From Acutalibacteraceae bacterium (GTDB lineage: Bacteria; Bacillota; Clostridia; Oscillospirales; Acutalibacteraceae), in contig JAZLIZ010000053.1 of the NCBI GenBank assembly GCA_045617665.1, positions 2,844 through 66,843 on the forward strand: a DNA stretch of 64,000 bases. The letters run 5' to 3'. Under the pieces are notes generated by a model. The model saw only the letters and a program-made list of their open reading frames with translations. It was not told the DNA's origin and did no database searches. The translations under genes were made by a program, and so were the position numbers. Below are positions 26,727 through 36,370 of the stretch, piece by piece (position 1 is the first letter of the stretch; each line of letters starts with the position of its first letter).

Positions 26727-28144
26727 TGTCTTTTTTCTCCTTTGCGGTTAAAATTGAGATTTTTTATAAAATTATTTTCAAACACATCATTCCCGGAAAG
26801 GCTGATGTATTTAATGTTTTCTGTTGCAGGCTTCTGCTTTGCGGCAGAGTAAACGGCTGTTCCCAAAAGAGCCGTATTGCCAAGCGGAAAAATTCTGCCC
26901 CCTGTCTGCTTCGGGAAAAGACCGACCTTAATGGCGCTTTCGGTATTTATTGCCTGAGAAAAGCCGCCCGAAACAAAAAGCTTTTCTATTTCATCAAAGC
27001 TTATTCCGACCTTGGAAATCAAGGCGGTTATTCCGCTGTAAATTGCGGATTTTGCGAGCTGAAAGCTTCTGATATCCTCCTGCGTAAGGCTTATATCGTC
27101 GGTTATCTGAAATTCACTCTGCCTCATTGCTCCCGTTTCGTCAATAAAGCCGTTTTTGAGCAGAAAAGCAATTATATCAATAAGTCCCGTGGCACATATA
27201 CCCAACGGGGCTTTACCGCCGATTACCTCAAAGGTTCCGTCCCTATAAAAGAAATTGATTGCGCCCTCCCTTGCCGTCATTCCGCATGAAATGTTTACCC
27301 CCTCAAAGCAGGGGCATGCGGCGGCGGAGGTACATATTGCCTTGTTTTCGGAATAGAGCACAATTTCGGAGTTTGTGCCTAAATCCGCAAGCAGATTGTA
27401 TTTACCCTTTGACGGCTTTTCGCATTCGATTAACCCTGCAAAAATATCCGCCCCGGCAAAGGAATCAATGCACGGCAGGGTCGTGACCGGGGAATCGGTG
27501 TTAAGCCCGATTTCTCTGCCATTAACCGTTTTTTCTTCAAGAAATGACGGAGTATAGGGACTTGTGCCGATTGATGAACAGTCAACTCCGAGAAAAAGGT
27601 GAAGCATTACCGTGTTGCCGCAGACGAATAAAGGCAGCTTTTCGGCGGACGGATATTTTTCAGAAAATTCGGAAAGCATTTTGTTTATTCTTTCCGTAAG
27701 TACCCTTTGAAGCTCCTTTGCACCGTGTTTACTGCAATGTTCTATTCTGGAAATTACATCCGCTCCGTAAAATCTCTGCGGATTTTCTTCCCTGCTGCTG
27801 CAAAGAATATTTCCGTTTCTGTCGGCAATGCCGAGCTCAAGGGTCGTTGTGCCGATATCAAGGACTAAGGCGTTTGCATCTGCACCGCCATCATAATCCG
27901 TGACGGAAGCGGAAAGGAATTTGCTTTCGGGCAGCAGTATTTCAATATTGCTGTTTATTATGTAGCGGCAGGATAATTCTTCCCTGCCGTTTACGGTGAC
28001 GGAGCATTTTTTACATATTCCTTTACCGCCGCAGGGGTGGGCGGTTTCAAAGCCGTTTTCCAAAAGAAAATCAGAAAGAAGCGTACCGCCTTCAGCCTTG
28101 AAGCAGTCACCGGAGTTATTGACTTTTATTTCAAAAGTTCTCAT
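26723..28144 (-). CDS. ASKHA-fold ATPase with N-terminal 2Fe-2S domain (RACo / corrinoid reductive activator family)
   Basis: PCGGKGICKKC, LDIGTTT, GADVISRI, ADLGTNSEI, SAAACPCFEG, GICATG, SGGFS, LGNTALLG. Confidence 0.88.
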   Translation of the reverse strand: MRTFEIKVNNSGDCFKAEGGTLLSDFLLENGFETAHPCGGKGICKKCSVTVNGREELSCRYIINSNIEILLPESKFLSASVTDYDGGADANALVLDIGTTTLELGIADRNGNILCSSREENPQRFYGADVISRIEHCSKHGAKELQRVLTERINKMLSEFSEKYPSAEKLPLFVCGNTVMLHLFLGVDCSSIGTSPYTPSFLEEKTVNGREIGLNTDSPVTTLPCIDSFAGADIFAGLIECEKPSKGKYNLLADLGTNSEIVLYSENKAICTSAAACPCFEGVNISCGMTAREGAINFFYRDGTFEVIGGKAPLGICATGLIDIIAFLLKNGFIDETGAMRQSEFQITDDISLTQEDIRSFQLAKSAIYSGITALISKVGISFDEIEKLFVSGGFSQAINTESAIKVGLFPKQTGGRIFPLGNTALLGTAVYSAAKQKPATENIKYISLSGNDVFENNFIKNLNFNRKGEKRQ

Positions 28145-28201
28145 ATCGGCATTATATAATTATTGACCGCAAAATGCAACGGTTTTATTTATTAAAATCA
28201 C

Positions 28202-28229
28202 TTGACACCTTGTTATCAAGTGGTAAAAT
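28202..28229 (+). promoter_or_regulatory. Sigma-A promoter of luxS
   Basis: TTGACA, 16 bp, TAAAAT, with TG extension. Confidence 0.65.
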
Positions 28230-28267
28230 GTAAGTGTAAACAGATAATTCAGGCAGGAGAATGAAAA

Positions 28268-28783
28268 ATGGATTTGATACCCAGCTTTCAGGTTGACCAT
28301 ACAAAAATAGTACCCGGAATTTACGAATCGAGGGTTGATACACTCGGCGAATACTATGCCACCACCTTCGATATAAGAATGAAAACGCCTAACCTTGAGC
28401 CTGTTATTCACCCGAATGCAATGCACACCGTTGAGCATATCATTGCAACCTTTCTCCGCAATGATGAGGAGTGGAAGGACAGAATAATTTACTGGGGGCC
28501 TATGGGTTGTCTTACCGGCTCTTACCTCATTGTTCAGGGTCGCCCGAAGCCGGAGGAAATTTGCACCCTGCTCATAAGAGCCTTTGAATATCTTGCAGAT
28601 TACGAGGGTGAAATACCCGGCGCAGACCCGAAAAACTGCGGTAATTATCTGCTCCATGATTTGAATATGGCAAAATATGAGGCAAGGCTTTATCTTGATG
28701 TGCTTAAAAATAATCCCTGCTTTGAATATCCCAAATCTGAAAAGCTTATTACAGAAGAGGGCAGAGTATTTTTTGATTCATAA
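28268..28783 (+). CDS. luxS: S-ribosylhomocysteine lyase
   Basis: SFQVDH, FDIRMKTPN, HTVEH, GPMGCLTG, CGNY. Confidence 0.93.
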   Translation: MDLIPSFQVDHTKIVPGIYESRVDTLGEYYATTFDIRMKTPNLEPVIHPNAMHTVEHIIATFLRNDEEWKDRIIYWGPMGCLTGSYLIVQGRPKPEEICTLLIRAFEYLADYEGEIPGADPKNCGNYLLHDLNMAKYEARLYLDVLKNNPCFEYPKSEKLITEEGRVFFDS

Positions 28784-28812
28784 CAGAAATTTTTTATTGG
28801 GGAAGTGATTTT

Positions 28813-29967
28813 ATGCCTTCAATCAGAGAATATATCTCAGAATTCGGCAATGTCAGCTTTTGCAATCGTCCTTTTGGTGATGCGGATGCACTTGCTCTCT
28901 GCGAGGTAACCTATATGCCCTTTGAGAGCATTGTCAGTGAAAGGTTTTCGGATGAGCCTGTTCCGTTTAAGGAAGCGGCTGAAAGGCTTTTTACCGCAAG
29001 AAGTGAAAAGCATCAGAAGCTCGGGCTTATGATTACCGCCGTACCGAGTAAGGATATGACGGCAATGAGCAGGCTCACCCGTTTTAACGAAATGAAAATT
29101 GTTGCCTGCAAGGGAGTTTACAGCAAAAGACCGGCTCTTCAGTTCGGCGCCGCAACAATTATTCTGCCGGACGGAACGCTTGTTGTCTGCTTCAGAGGAA
29201 CAAACGATGATATAGCAGGCTGGCAGGAGGATGTTGAGCTGTTCACCAATAAGGGAACGGCATCCTATACCCTTTGTATTGATTACATTGAAAATGCGGC
29301 AAAGCACCTTGAGGGTGATATTATTGTTATCGGTCACTCAAAGGGCGGCAATGTGGGGCTTTATGCCGCACTTAACTGCAGCGAAGAAACGAGAAAGAGA
29401 ATAAAGGCTGTTTATAACCATGACGGCCCCGGCTTCTGGAATTATGACCTTTTCAAAACCGAGGCTTACAGTGAAATTCTGCCCTGTTACAGGCATTATA
29501 TTCCCTCATCATCATTTGTGGGAGTTATGCTTGCCCATGATTACGATTACAAGGTAGTCAGGAGCAGTAAGCACCTCGGCCCCGTTCAGCACGATTTAGG
29601 CACATGGCAGATTGAAAACGGTGAGCTTGTTTTTGTGAGCGATACCGATAAGCTTTCAAAGATTACCGATGTATTTCTTGCAAAGCTTACATCAAGGGCG
29701 GCTGATGAAAATTATAAAAACGCTCTTAACAAAACGCTTGCAGCTCTGGCAGAGGGAACGGGTCAGAAAACTCTTACGGACTTTGCAAAGCACATACCCT
29801 CATCTGTCTGCGGAATGGTTAAGGGCTGGAAATCCCTTGATGAAAAAACAAAAGCAGATTTCAAGGATGCTTTCAGCGGCTCGGTTGAACTGCTCAAGGA
29901 AACCGTAACGGAAATTAAAAACGGTATGAATCCCGAAGAAATAACAAAAAATCTTTTTAAGTGGTAA
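28813..29967 (+). CDS. DUF2974 (Mbeg1-like) lipase-fold protein
   Basis: FRGTNDDIAGWQED, GHSKGGN, HDGPGF. Confidence 0.87.
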   Translation: MPSIREYISEFGNVSFCNRPFGDADALALCEVTYMPFESIVSERFSDEPVPFKEAAERLFTARSEKHQKLGLMITAVPSKDMTAMSRLTRFNEMKIVACKGVYSKRPALQFGAATIILPDGTLVVCFRGTNDDIAGWQEDVELFTNKGTASYTLCIDYIENAAKHLEGDIIVIGHSKGGNVGLYAALNCSEETRKRIKAVYNHDGPGFWNYDLFKTEAYSEILPCYRHYIPSSSFVGVMLAHDYDYKVVRSSKHLGPVQHDLGTWQIENGELVFVSDTDKLSKITDVFLAKLTSRAADENYKNALNKTLAALAEGTGQKTLTDFAKHIPSSVCGMVKGWKSLDEKTKADFKDAFSGSVELLKETVTEIKNGMNPEEITKNLFKW

Positions 29968-30055
29968 GTCGGATATAAAGTGAACTTTGCTTCATCGGTA
30001 ACAATGCTTCAGCGGATTTTCACGACAGAGCATTGATATGCCCGTCATACCAAAA

Positions 30056-30090
30056 AAGCGGCGACAATCTTTTTAAGACTGCCGCCGCTT
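30056..30090. terminator. Terminator between convergent genes
   Basis: AAGCGGCG...CGCCGCTT stem. Confidence 0.6.
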
Positions 30091-30106
30091 AAATATTGAG
30101 TGCTGT

Positions 30107-30907
30107 TTATTTCAATATTTTTTTGCTGTCCGCTTCCTGTAAAACAGAAATTTGATGAATAGCAATTTGATTTAATTTCACTAACCGTTCCGATTGCGGA
30201 ACATTTTCATTGATCAATACTGCATTGATATTTTCCAGATTTGAAAGGCATATCAGTTCATTCATCGAAGCGTAATCACGGATATTTCCTTTTAGTTCCG
30301 GATTTTCATCACGCCACTGCTTTGCGGTTTTTCCGAACAAAGCGACATTAAGCACATCTGCTTCATCGGCATAGACAAACGAAATTTGCTTTTGTGTCAG
30401 TTCCTCCGGAATCAAATTGTTCTTGATGGCATCCGTATGAATGTGATAATTGATTTTGGCAAGTTCACGTTTTGCTGACCAGCCGAGCAGTTTTTGTTCT
30501 TCAGCCTTCAACCGCTGAAACTCTTTGACAATATAGATTTTAAATTGCGGGCTGATCCACATTGCAAATTCAAAGGCGATATCTTTATGGGCATAAGTTC
30601 CGCCGTATCTGCCTGCTTTTGCCATAATGGAAATGGCGTTTGTCTGCTCCACAAATTCTTTCACGCTGATTTTGAAATTGTTCAGTCCGGCGTGTTTGAT
30701 GATTTCTTCAAAACCGTTCGCATTGAAATCCGGATTATACACACTTTCCCAAGTGCCGATGAACTCCAAAGTGTTGCGATTACGCAGCCAGTCCGTAACG
30801 AAAAACTCGCCGTCTTTTGCTTTCAGCATGTCCGTTATGCAAATATAATCCTCGTCGTTGATGCGGACAACATTGATCTCCGTATTATTCACAGACAGTT
30901 TATTCAT
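30107..30907 (-). CDS. KilA-N domain-containing protein
   Basis: DYICITDM, WLRNRNTLEFIGTWE, AGRYGGTYAHKDIAFEFAMWISP. Confidence 0.92.
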   Translation of the reverse strand: MNKLSVNNTEINVVRINDEDYICITDMLKAKDGEFFVTDWLRNRNTLEFIGTWESVYNPDFNANGFEEIIKHAGLNNFKISVKEFVEQTNAISIMAKAGRYGGTYAHKDIAFEFAMWISPQFKIYIVKEFQRLKAEEQKLLGWSAKRELAKINYHIHTDAIKNNLIPEELTQKQISFVYADEADVLNVALFGKTAKQWRDENPELKGNIRDYASMNELICLSNLENINAVLINENVPQSERLVKLNQIAIHQISVLQEADSKKILK

Positions 30908-31065
30908 CGCACGATCCTCCTTTTAATTGCGGCGAATTCGCCATAATTAAAGCTACTTTTTGATATTCAAATTATATCATAAAATAAGTGAAAAAGTCCA
31001 TACTTTTTCATATTTCGGCGTGATTTCAAAAAACATTATACGATGATAAACAGATAAAGCCACTC

Positions 31066-32079
31066 TTAAAAGGTGGCTTTATTTACTGTGGTATTTATTA
31101 TCTCTTTCAGCTTTTCAGCCATAAAAAAGTGGCCTAAATCGTTGGGGTGTGTTCTGTCAGTGGTGCAGACCTCACGGTATTCATCCGGGAAATATGAAAG
31201 ACCGTCAATGAAATAAACATTTTCATCACCGCTGTTTTTTGCGTTCATATATGTTTGAAAAACGGTATCGTGCCTTTCCTTTGTTTCGGGCATATCGTCA
31301 TAGGGCTTTGTCATCATTATTACCGGGGTGTCGGGCTGTGACTGCCTGAAAATTTTGAAGAATTTTTCGTGAGTTTTTTTCAAATGTCCGGCATTCGGAG
31401 CATTGTGGTCATAATCATAAACAAAAATACTGCAATCTGTTTTTGCAATGTATTCAGCCATTGCTTCTTCACCCCTTGCAGAGCCGGAAAAACCGAGGTT
31501 GCAGAAATCCGCATCAAAAAGCCTTGAAATCAGAGCAGGGTAGGCGTTCTGTGAGGATGTGTGACCGTTTTCCGTGATTGATGAGCCGTAAAAAATTATA
31601 GGCTTACCGCCTGCGAACGAATAGGGTGTGGGAGCAAAAATATACGCATTATCATCAATTTCAAAATCAATATCAAGCACCTCCGGGTTTCTCGGCAGAA
31701 ATACGGTGATTTCATTTGTGCCGCCGGGCAGACTGAATGTGCCGTAAATTTCATTTTCATCGTATGATTTTTCGGCGGAGATTATTCCGTAATAGCTTGA
31801 TGTTTTTCTTTCACCCACATAAATCGCACCGACATTTGCCTGATAAAATGACATACCTCTGTCGGTGTAAACATCATTAAGCTTGATGTTGATTTTGAAG
31901 GTGTCGGCATCTGTTCTCAAACAGATTCTTGTGCCGGTCGGGTGCTTGCTTAAGCCCTTATAAACCTCCGGCAGCCTTGCAATAACATCATTTGGCAGTC
32001 TTTGAATTTTATCGCCTTTTTTATAGCCGTAAATCCCGTGTATTTCACAGGGGCAGTCAAGATAATTTACCTTTTTCAT
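31066..32079 (-). CDS. SGNH/GDSL hydrolase
   Basis: YGSSIT, NLGFSGSARGE, YDYDHN, DRTHPNDLG. Confidence 0.88.
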   Translation of the reverse strand: MKKVNYLDCPCEIHGIYGYKKGDKIQRLPNDVIARLPEVYKGLSKHPTGTRICLRTDADTFKINIKLNDVYTDRGMSFYQANVGAIYVGERKTSSYYGIISAEKSYDENEIYGTFSLPGGTNEITVFLPRNPEVLDIDFEIDDNAYIFAPTPYSFAGGKPIIFYGSSITENGHTSSQNAYPALISRLFDADFCNLGFSGSARGEEAMAEYIAKTDCSIFVYDYDHNAPNAGHLKKTHEKFFKIFRQSQPDTPVIMMTKPYDDMPETKERHDTVFQTYMNAKNSGDENVYFIDGLSYFPDEYREVCTTDRTHPNDLGHFFMAEKLKEIINTTVNKATF

Positions 32080-32372
32080 CTTCTTTTACCTTAAAACTTT
32101 CTTTTCATATCTTTATATGAACGATTTTCGAAAATGGCTACAACTTTTTTGAAAAAATTTTGAAAAAATCTCAAAATAGTTGCCCCAACCCGCAGTTACA
32201 ATAAATCATTATAGCATATAAAACCTGCTTGTAAAGATGAAAACCCGAAAATAATTCAGTTTGAAAAAACCGCCAAATATTATTAAAAAACCATACAAAT
32301 ATTAACTCTTGCATTAAAGATGCGTTTATGTTATATTATAAAAAATTAAAATAGAGAGATGTGGTGTTTTTT

Positions 32373-34307
32373 GTGAAAAAGTTTTTATCCGTTGTGCTCA
32401 CAATTATAATTGCTTTATCTGCCTGCTCGGTTGCCGCTTACGGCATTGATGACGGCGTTGAAATAACCGAATACCCGGTCATTATGGTTGCAGGCTACAG
32501 CTCAACCAATCTCTTTGTTGAGGCAGAGGACGGCTCTCTCGGTGATAAGCTTTGGGGGCTCGGTGTTGAGGATTTTCTGCCGTTTCTTCTCGGCAATATT
32601 GCCAAAATCGGCATAGGTCTCGGTAAGGCTGTTTTCAATAAACCGGAACAGCTTGCAAGGGTTGTCGGCGAGGGTCTGATTGATATACTCGGCGATATGG
32701 CTTGCAATGATGACGGCACGCCCGTCAACAAAACAAGAGTAATGTTCCCCACCGCAGAGGAAAGCAACTGTGCCGTTATGTTTGAAGAATACGGAAATTA
32801 TAAGGATTATCAGTTTGAAACCGATATTATGGGTCTTGCCCGTACCTATGTAGGCGCCGAAAAAATCTATAATTTCAATGTGGATTGGCGTATGGGCGCA
32901 GAATACTGTGCCGACAGGCTTGATGAATATATTCAGCAGGTTAAGGCTTTTTCGGATTGCGACAAGGTAAATATTCTTGCCGTCAGCCACGGCGGTCAGG
33001 TTACGGGAGCTTATCTTGTTAAATACGGCTATAAGCAGGATGTAAACAATGCGGTTATGACCGTTCCGGCTCTTAAGGGCGCAGGTGTGCTCTATGACCT
33101 TTTCAGCAGAAATATAAAGTTTGATGAATTGAATTTAATTTATTTCATTGAAAACGGACTTGTGCTTGAGGATGATTTTCACTGGCTTGTTGAAGCGCAG
33201 CAGCTGGGTTTCCTTGACGAAGTTTTCAATCTTCTTGTTCCCTATATCTTTGAGGTCGGCGGCAACTGGGGCAGCGTCTGGGATTTCTGCCCGAGCGATA
33301 TTTATGAAGAGATGAAAGCAAAGTGGCTTGATGAAGCCGCAAATGCGGAACTTATCGCAAAAAGCGACAGAATGCACTATGAAATAATGCCGGAGTTTTC
33401 AACCGCATTTAAGAAATGCAATGATGAATACGGTATGAATGTTTCCATAGTTGCCGGAACTGATATAAATATGACAACCGGCTGTGCCGTAAACGGTGAC
33501 GGAATTATTTACACCGCCTCTTCAACCGGCGCAACTGTTGCACCCCACGGCGAAAGGTTTGCAGACGGCTATGCTCAGGTTAATGACTGCGGCGGCAAAT
33601 ATAAGGTTTCACCTGCCATGACGGTTGATGCTTCAACAGCCTATCTGCCTGATAACACATGGTTTGTTGAGGGGCTTTTCCACGGAATGACCTTCTGGGA
33701 TGATTACACAAAGGAGCTTATGATGCTTCTCACCCTCACAAATGAGATTGATGATGTTTATTCAAATCCGGCTTATCCCCAGTTCCACGAATCAAGCAAT
33801 GCGGATTATGCCGTATGGGGCTGCTTTGATAAATCGGTTGAGGGTTATCTTTCAGCTGATGACAGTAAAATTATCATAAAGAATCTTTCAAAGAAAAAGA
33901 TTCCTCTGATTTTGCTCGGCGTTACCGCTGACGGCATCGACCTTGAATTTGATGTGAATATTAAAAACAAATTCATCAAGGCAGGGGAGAGCGTTGAAAT
34001 TCCGTTTAAGGGTGAAATTCCCGCAGTCAGCGCAAAAAGAATCAGTATAACCTTTACCTATGCCGCAGTCGGCTCATTAACGCCCCTCGGCCAGAGAACT
34101 ATGAGCTTTACCGTTATGAACGGCGAAAAGGCGGAGTATGACGGCAGTAAGAGCTGTTCAGCCTATGCCGAAACTCCCTTTGATAAATCAAAGCTTTCAT
34201 TTATGAAAAAATGGCTTGTTGATAACGGAAGTTATAATTTTGTTTCGATGATTTACACCATTATTTATGAATGGTTTAACAGCGTAAAGAGGCTGCTTGC
34301 CTTTTAA
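32373..34307 (+). CDS. Secreted lipase-like alpha/beta hydrolase (LCAT/PGAP1-like) with C-terminal extension
   Basis: Signal peptide, IMVAGY, YNFNVDWR, AVSHGG nucleophile motif; likely GTG start at 32373. Confidence 0.72.
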   Translation: MKKFLSVVLTIIIALSACSVAAYGIDDGVEITEYPVIMVAGYSSTNLFVEAEDGSLGDKLWGLGVEDFLPFLLGNIAKIGIGLGKAVFNKPEQLARVVGEGLIDILGDMACNDDGTPVNKTRVMFPTAEESNCAVMFEEYGNYKDYQFETDIMGLARTYVGAEKIYNFNVDWRMGAEYCADRLDEYIQQVKAFSDCDKVNILAVSHGGQVTGAYLVKYGYKQDVNNAVMTVPALKGAGVLYDLFSRNIKFDELNLIYFIENGLVLEDDFHWLVEAQQLGFLDEVFNLLVPYIFEVGGNWGSVWDFCPSDIYEEMKAKWLDEAANAELIAKSDRMHYEIMPEFSTAFKKCNDEYGMNVSIVAGTDINMTTGCAVNGDGIIYTASSTGATVAPHGERFADGYAQVNDCGGKYKVSPAMTVDASTAYLPDNTWFVEGLFHGMTFWDDYTKELMMLLTLTNEIDDVYSNPAYPQFHESSNADYAVWGCFDKSVEGYLSADDSKIIIKNLSKKKIPLILLGVTADGIDLEFDVNIKNKFIKAGESVEIPFKGEIPAVSAKRISITFTYAAVGSLTPLGQRTMSFTVMNGEKAEYDGSKSCSAYAETPFDKSKLSFMKKWLVDNGSYNFVSMIYTIIYEWFNSVKRLLAF

Positions 34308-34352
34308 CTCTTTATGCGTTTCTTAATCTTAATTATGAAAGGAAGTGACTGA

Positions 34353-35222
34353 GTGCAGTATGTAATAATGGACCTTGAATGGAATAATACCTATGCAAAG
34401 AAAACAGCGGGCTTCATTAACGAGATAATTGAAATCGGCGCAATTAAGCTCGATTGCAATTTCAGACCGGCAGATTCCTTTGAATGTATTATCCGTTCTC
34501 AAATAGGCCGTAAGCTCAGGGGCAGCGTTAAAAAGCTTACTCATCTTACAAATGAAGATATAAGCACAGGCGTTCCCTTTACAAAGGCATTCGGTCTTTT
34601 CCGCAAATGGATTGGTGAAACTGATACCGTCATACTCACCTGGGGTGACGGCGATATAAGAGTGCTGATTGAAAATTACTCATACCTCAACGGTATTACG
34701 GTTATTCCTTTTCTCAGAAAATACTGCGATTTACAAAAATACTTTCAAAACAGAATGAACGGTGACCCCGGTCAACAGCCGGGCTTAACTGCTGCGGCGG
34801 AGGCGCTTGATATTCCGCCGGATAAATATGCCCACCACAGGGCGCTTGGTGACAGCCTGCTTACAGGCGACATTTTCACCGCTCTTTATGACAGGGAATC
34901 CTTTGAAAAAGAGATTTATGTTTGCAATGAGGAGTTTTATGACAGACTTCTTTTCAAGGCAAAGGTAATAAAGAGCCTCGAAAATCCCCTTGTTGATAAA
35001 AAAAGACTTGAGCATTACTGCGATTCCTGCGGAAATAAATGCGAAAGACTGACTGGCTGGAAATTCAGCTGTCAATATTTCAGAGCACAGTTCAGATGTG
35101 ACGATTGCGACACCGTTTACGGCATTAAGGTCAGATTTAAGAAAAAATATGACGGCGTTGATTTCAAAAAAATCGTTTCGGTTATTGACCCCGAAGAAGA
35201 CGAAGAAGATGACGATGAATAG
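34353..35222 (+). CDS. DEDDh 3'-5' exonuclease (KapD-like) with C-terminal Cys-rich region
   Basis: MDLEWN, IIEIGA, WGDGD, HRALGDS; CDSC..CDDC. Confidence 0.85.
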   Translation: MQYVIMDLEWNNTYAKKTAGFINEIIEIGAIKLDCNFRPADSFECIIRSQIGRKLRGSVKKLTHLTNEDISTGVPFTKAFGLFRKWIGETDTVILTWGDGDIRVLIENYSYLNGITVIPFLRKYCDLQKYFQNRMNGDPGQQPGLTAAAEALDIPPDKYAHHRALGDSLLTGDIFTALYDRESFEKEIYVCNEEFYDRLLFKAKVIKSLENPLVDKKRLEHYCDSCGNKCERLTGWKFSCQYFRAQFRCDDCDTVYGIKVRFKKKYDGVDFKKIVSVIDPEEDEEDDDE

Positions 35223-35241
35223 AGTACGGTACGGAGAGAAT

Positions 35242-36342
35242 ATGAAAAAATTTTCTGTTAGATTTGCTTCAATTATCATCGCTTTGGCGGTTATGCTTAC
35301 CCCGGCTTTATCGTGCAGTGCTTCAAGCACGGATTCCTTTGAAAATCTGATGAAATATTTACAGTTCAATGAGGAACATAATTTCAGCAATTCCATTGAT
35401 GTTACAATGGATGAGGCAACAAAGGAAATCTGCGACAGAATTGACGAAGCTTCACCGCTTGACCTTGAGCTTCTTGTCGGCAATCTGCCGAAGCTTCAGC
35501 CCATTGCAAGATTCTTTTCGGGCGTTCTCGGCATAAACACTCCGGAGTTTCATAAAAAGCTGAACGATGCCGCTATGGAATATTATCATACCGGCAATGA
35601 TACAGCAGGACTGTTTCTTCAGCTTGCAGGTGTGTTTATCGGTGTTCTTGACAGTATGGAAATTCACCTTGAGCCGACAAAAGAAAATGAAAGCCAGTTT
35701 ATTCTTAATCTGAATTATCTTGACGGCGTTGAGCAAATTCATATTCCCTCGATTTATTATGACAGTCAAACAGGTGAGGTTTACGGCAGAAGCGATAAGG
35801 GTATTGCGGATATAGGCTATAACTTTAATCTCGAAGATATGCTTGTCTATGCTCCCAATGACTGCTGGATGCGTGACACGGGCTTTTGCGTTGAATATGA
35901 TATTCTTGCAAACGGGCTCGGTATGTTTGATTACGATACAAGACGCTTCTATTTTGAATACGGCGATAAGGAATGGCTTATTCAGGCATGGAAAGGTAAC
36001 TATGTTATTTCCAACGGTGCCGAAATAGGCGTATATAACAGAGATAAGATTAAATTCGGAACATATTACGATGTTGTTACAGACAAAGAAAGGCTTGATA
36101 TGTCAATTTCGTTATACCGTTCCGGTGATTTGCTTTTCTCAACCGAAAAGAAGCCTACATGGTGGGCGAATGGCTTTCAGCTCAGCGATGAGATTTATGA
36201 AGCCGATGAATTGACCCTGTGCGGTGAAATAACCTTTGAAAATGAAGAAATGCTTCAGGCGTTCGTAAACGCTGTACAGAACGAGAGGCACAATGATGTT
36301 AAATTCTCCGTCAACGGATTAACAGTATCCGTTGAATGGTGA
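35242..36342 (+). CDS. Secreted DUF4474-like protein
   Basis: Signal peptide; DCWMRDTGFCVEYD, EWLIQAWKGNY, GAEIGVY, WWANGF. Confidence 0.7.
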   Translation: MKKFSVRFASIIIALAVMLTPALSCSASSTDSFENLMKYLQFNEEHNFSNSIDVTMDEATKEICDRIDEASPLDLELLVGNLPKLQPIARFFSGVLGINTPEFHKKLNDAAMEYYHTGNDTAGLFLQLAGVFIGVLDSMEIHLEPTKENESQFILNLNYLDGVEQIHIPSIYYDSQTGEVYGRSDKGIADIGYNFNLEDMLVYAPNDCWMRDTGFCVEYDILANGLGMFDYDTRRFYFEYGDKEWLIQAWKGNYVISNGAEIGVYNRDKIKFGTYYDVVTDKERLDMSISLYRSGDLLFSTEKKPTWWANGFQLSDEIYEADELTLCGEITFENEEMLQAFVNAVQNERHNDVKFSVNGLTVSVEW

Positions 36343-36370
36343 AAATAAATATGAACCCGGTGGTTAAATT

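Noticed and set aside
26154-35483. Long antisense ORFs (26154-26852, 26726-27289, 28160-28657, 28837-29337, 34785-35483) and similar ones elsewhere
   Set aside because: Each lies largely opposite a gene with clear family motifs and shows none of its own.
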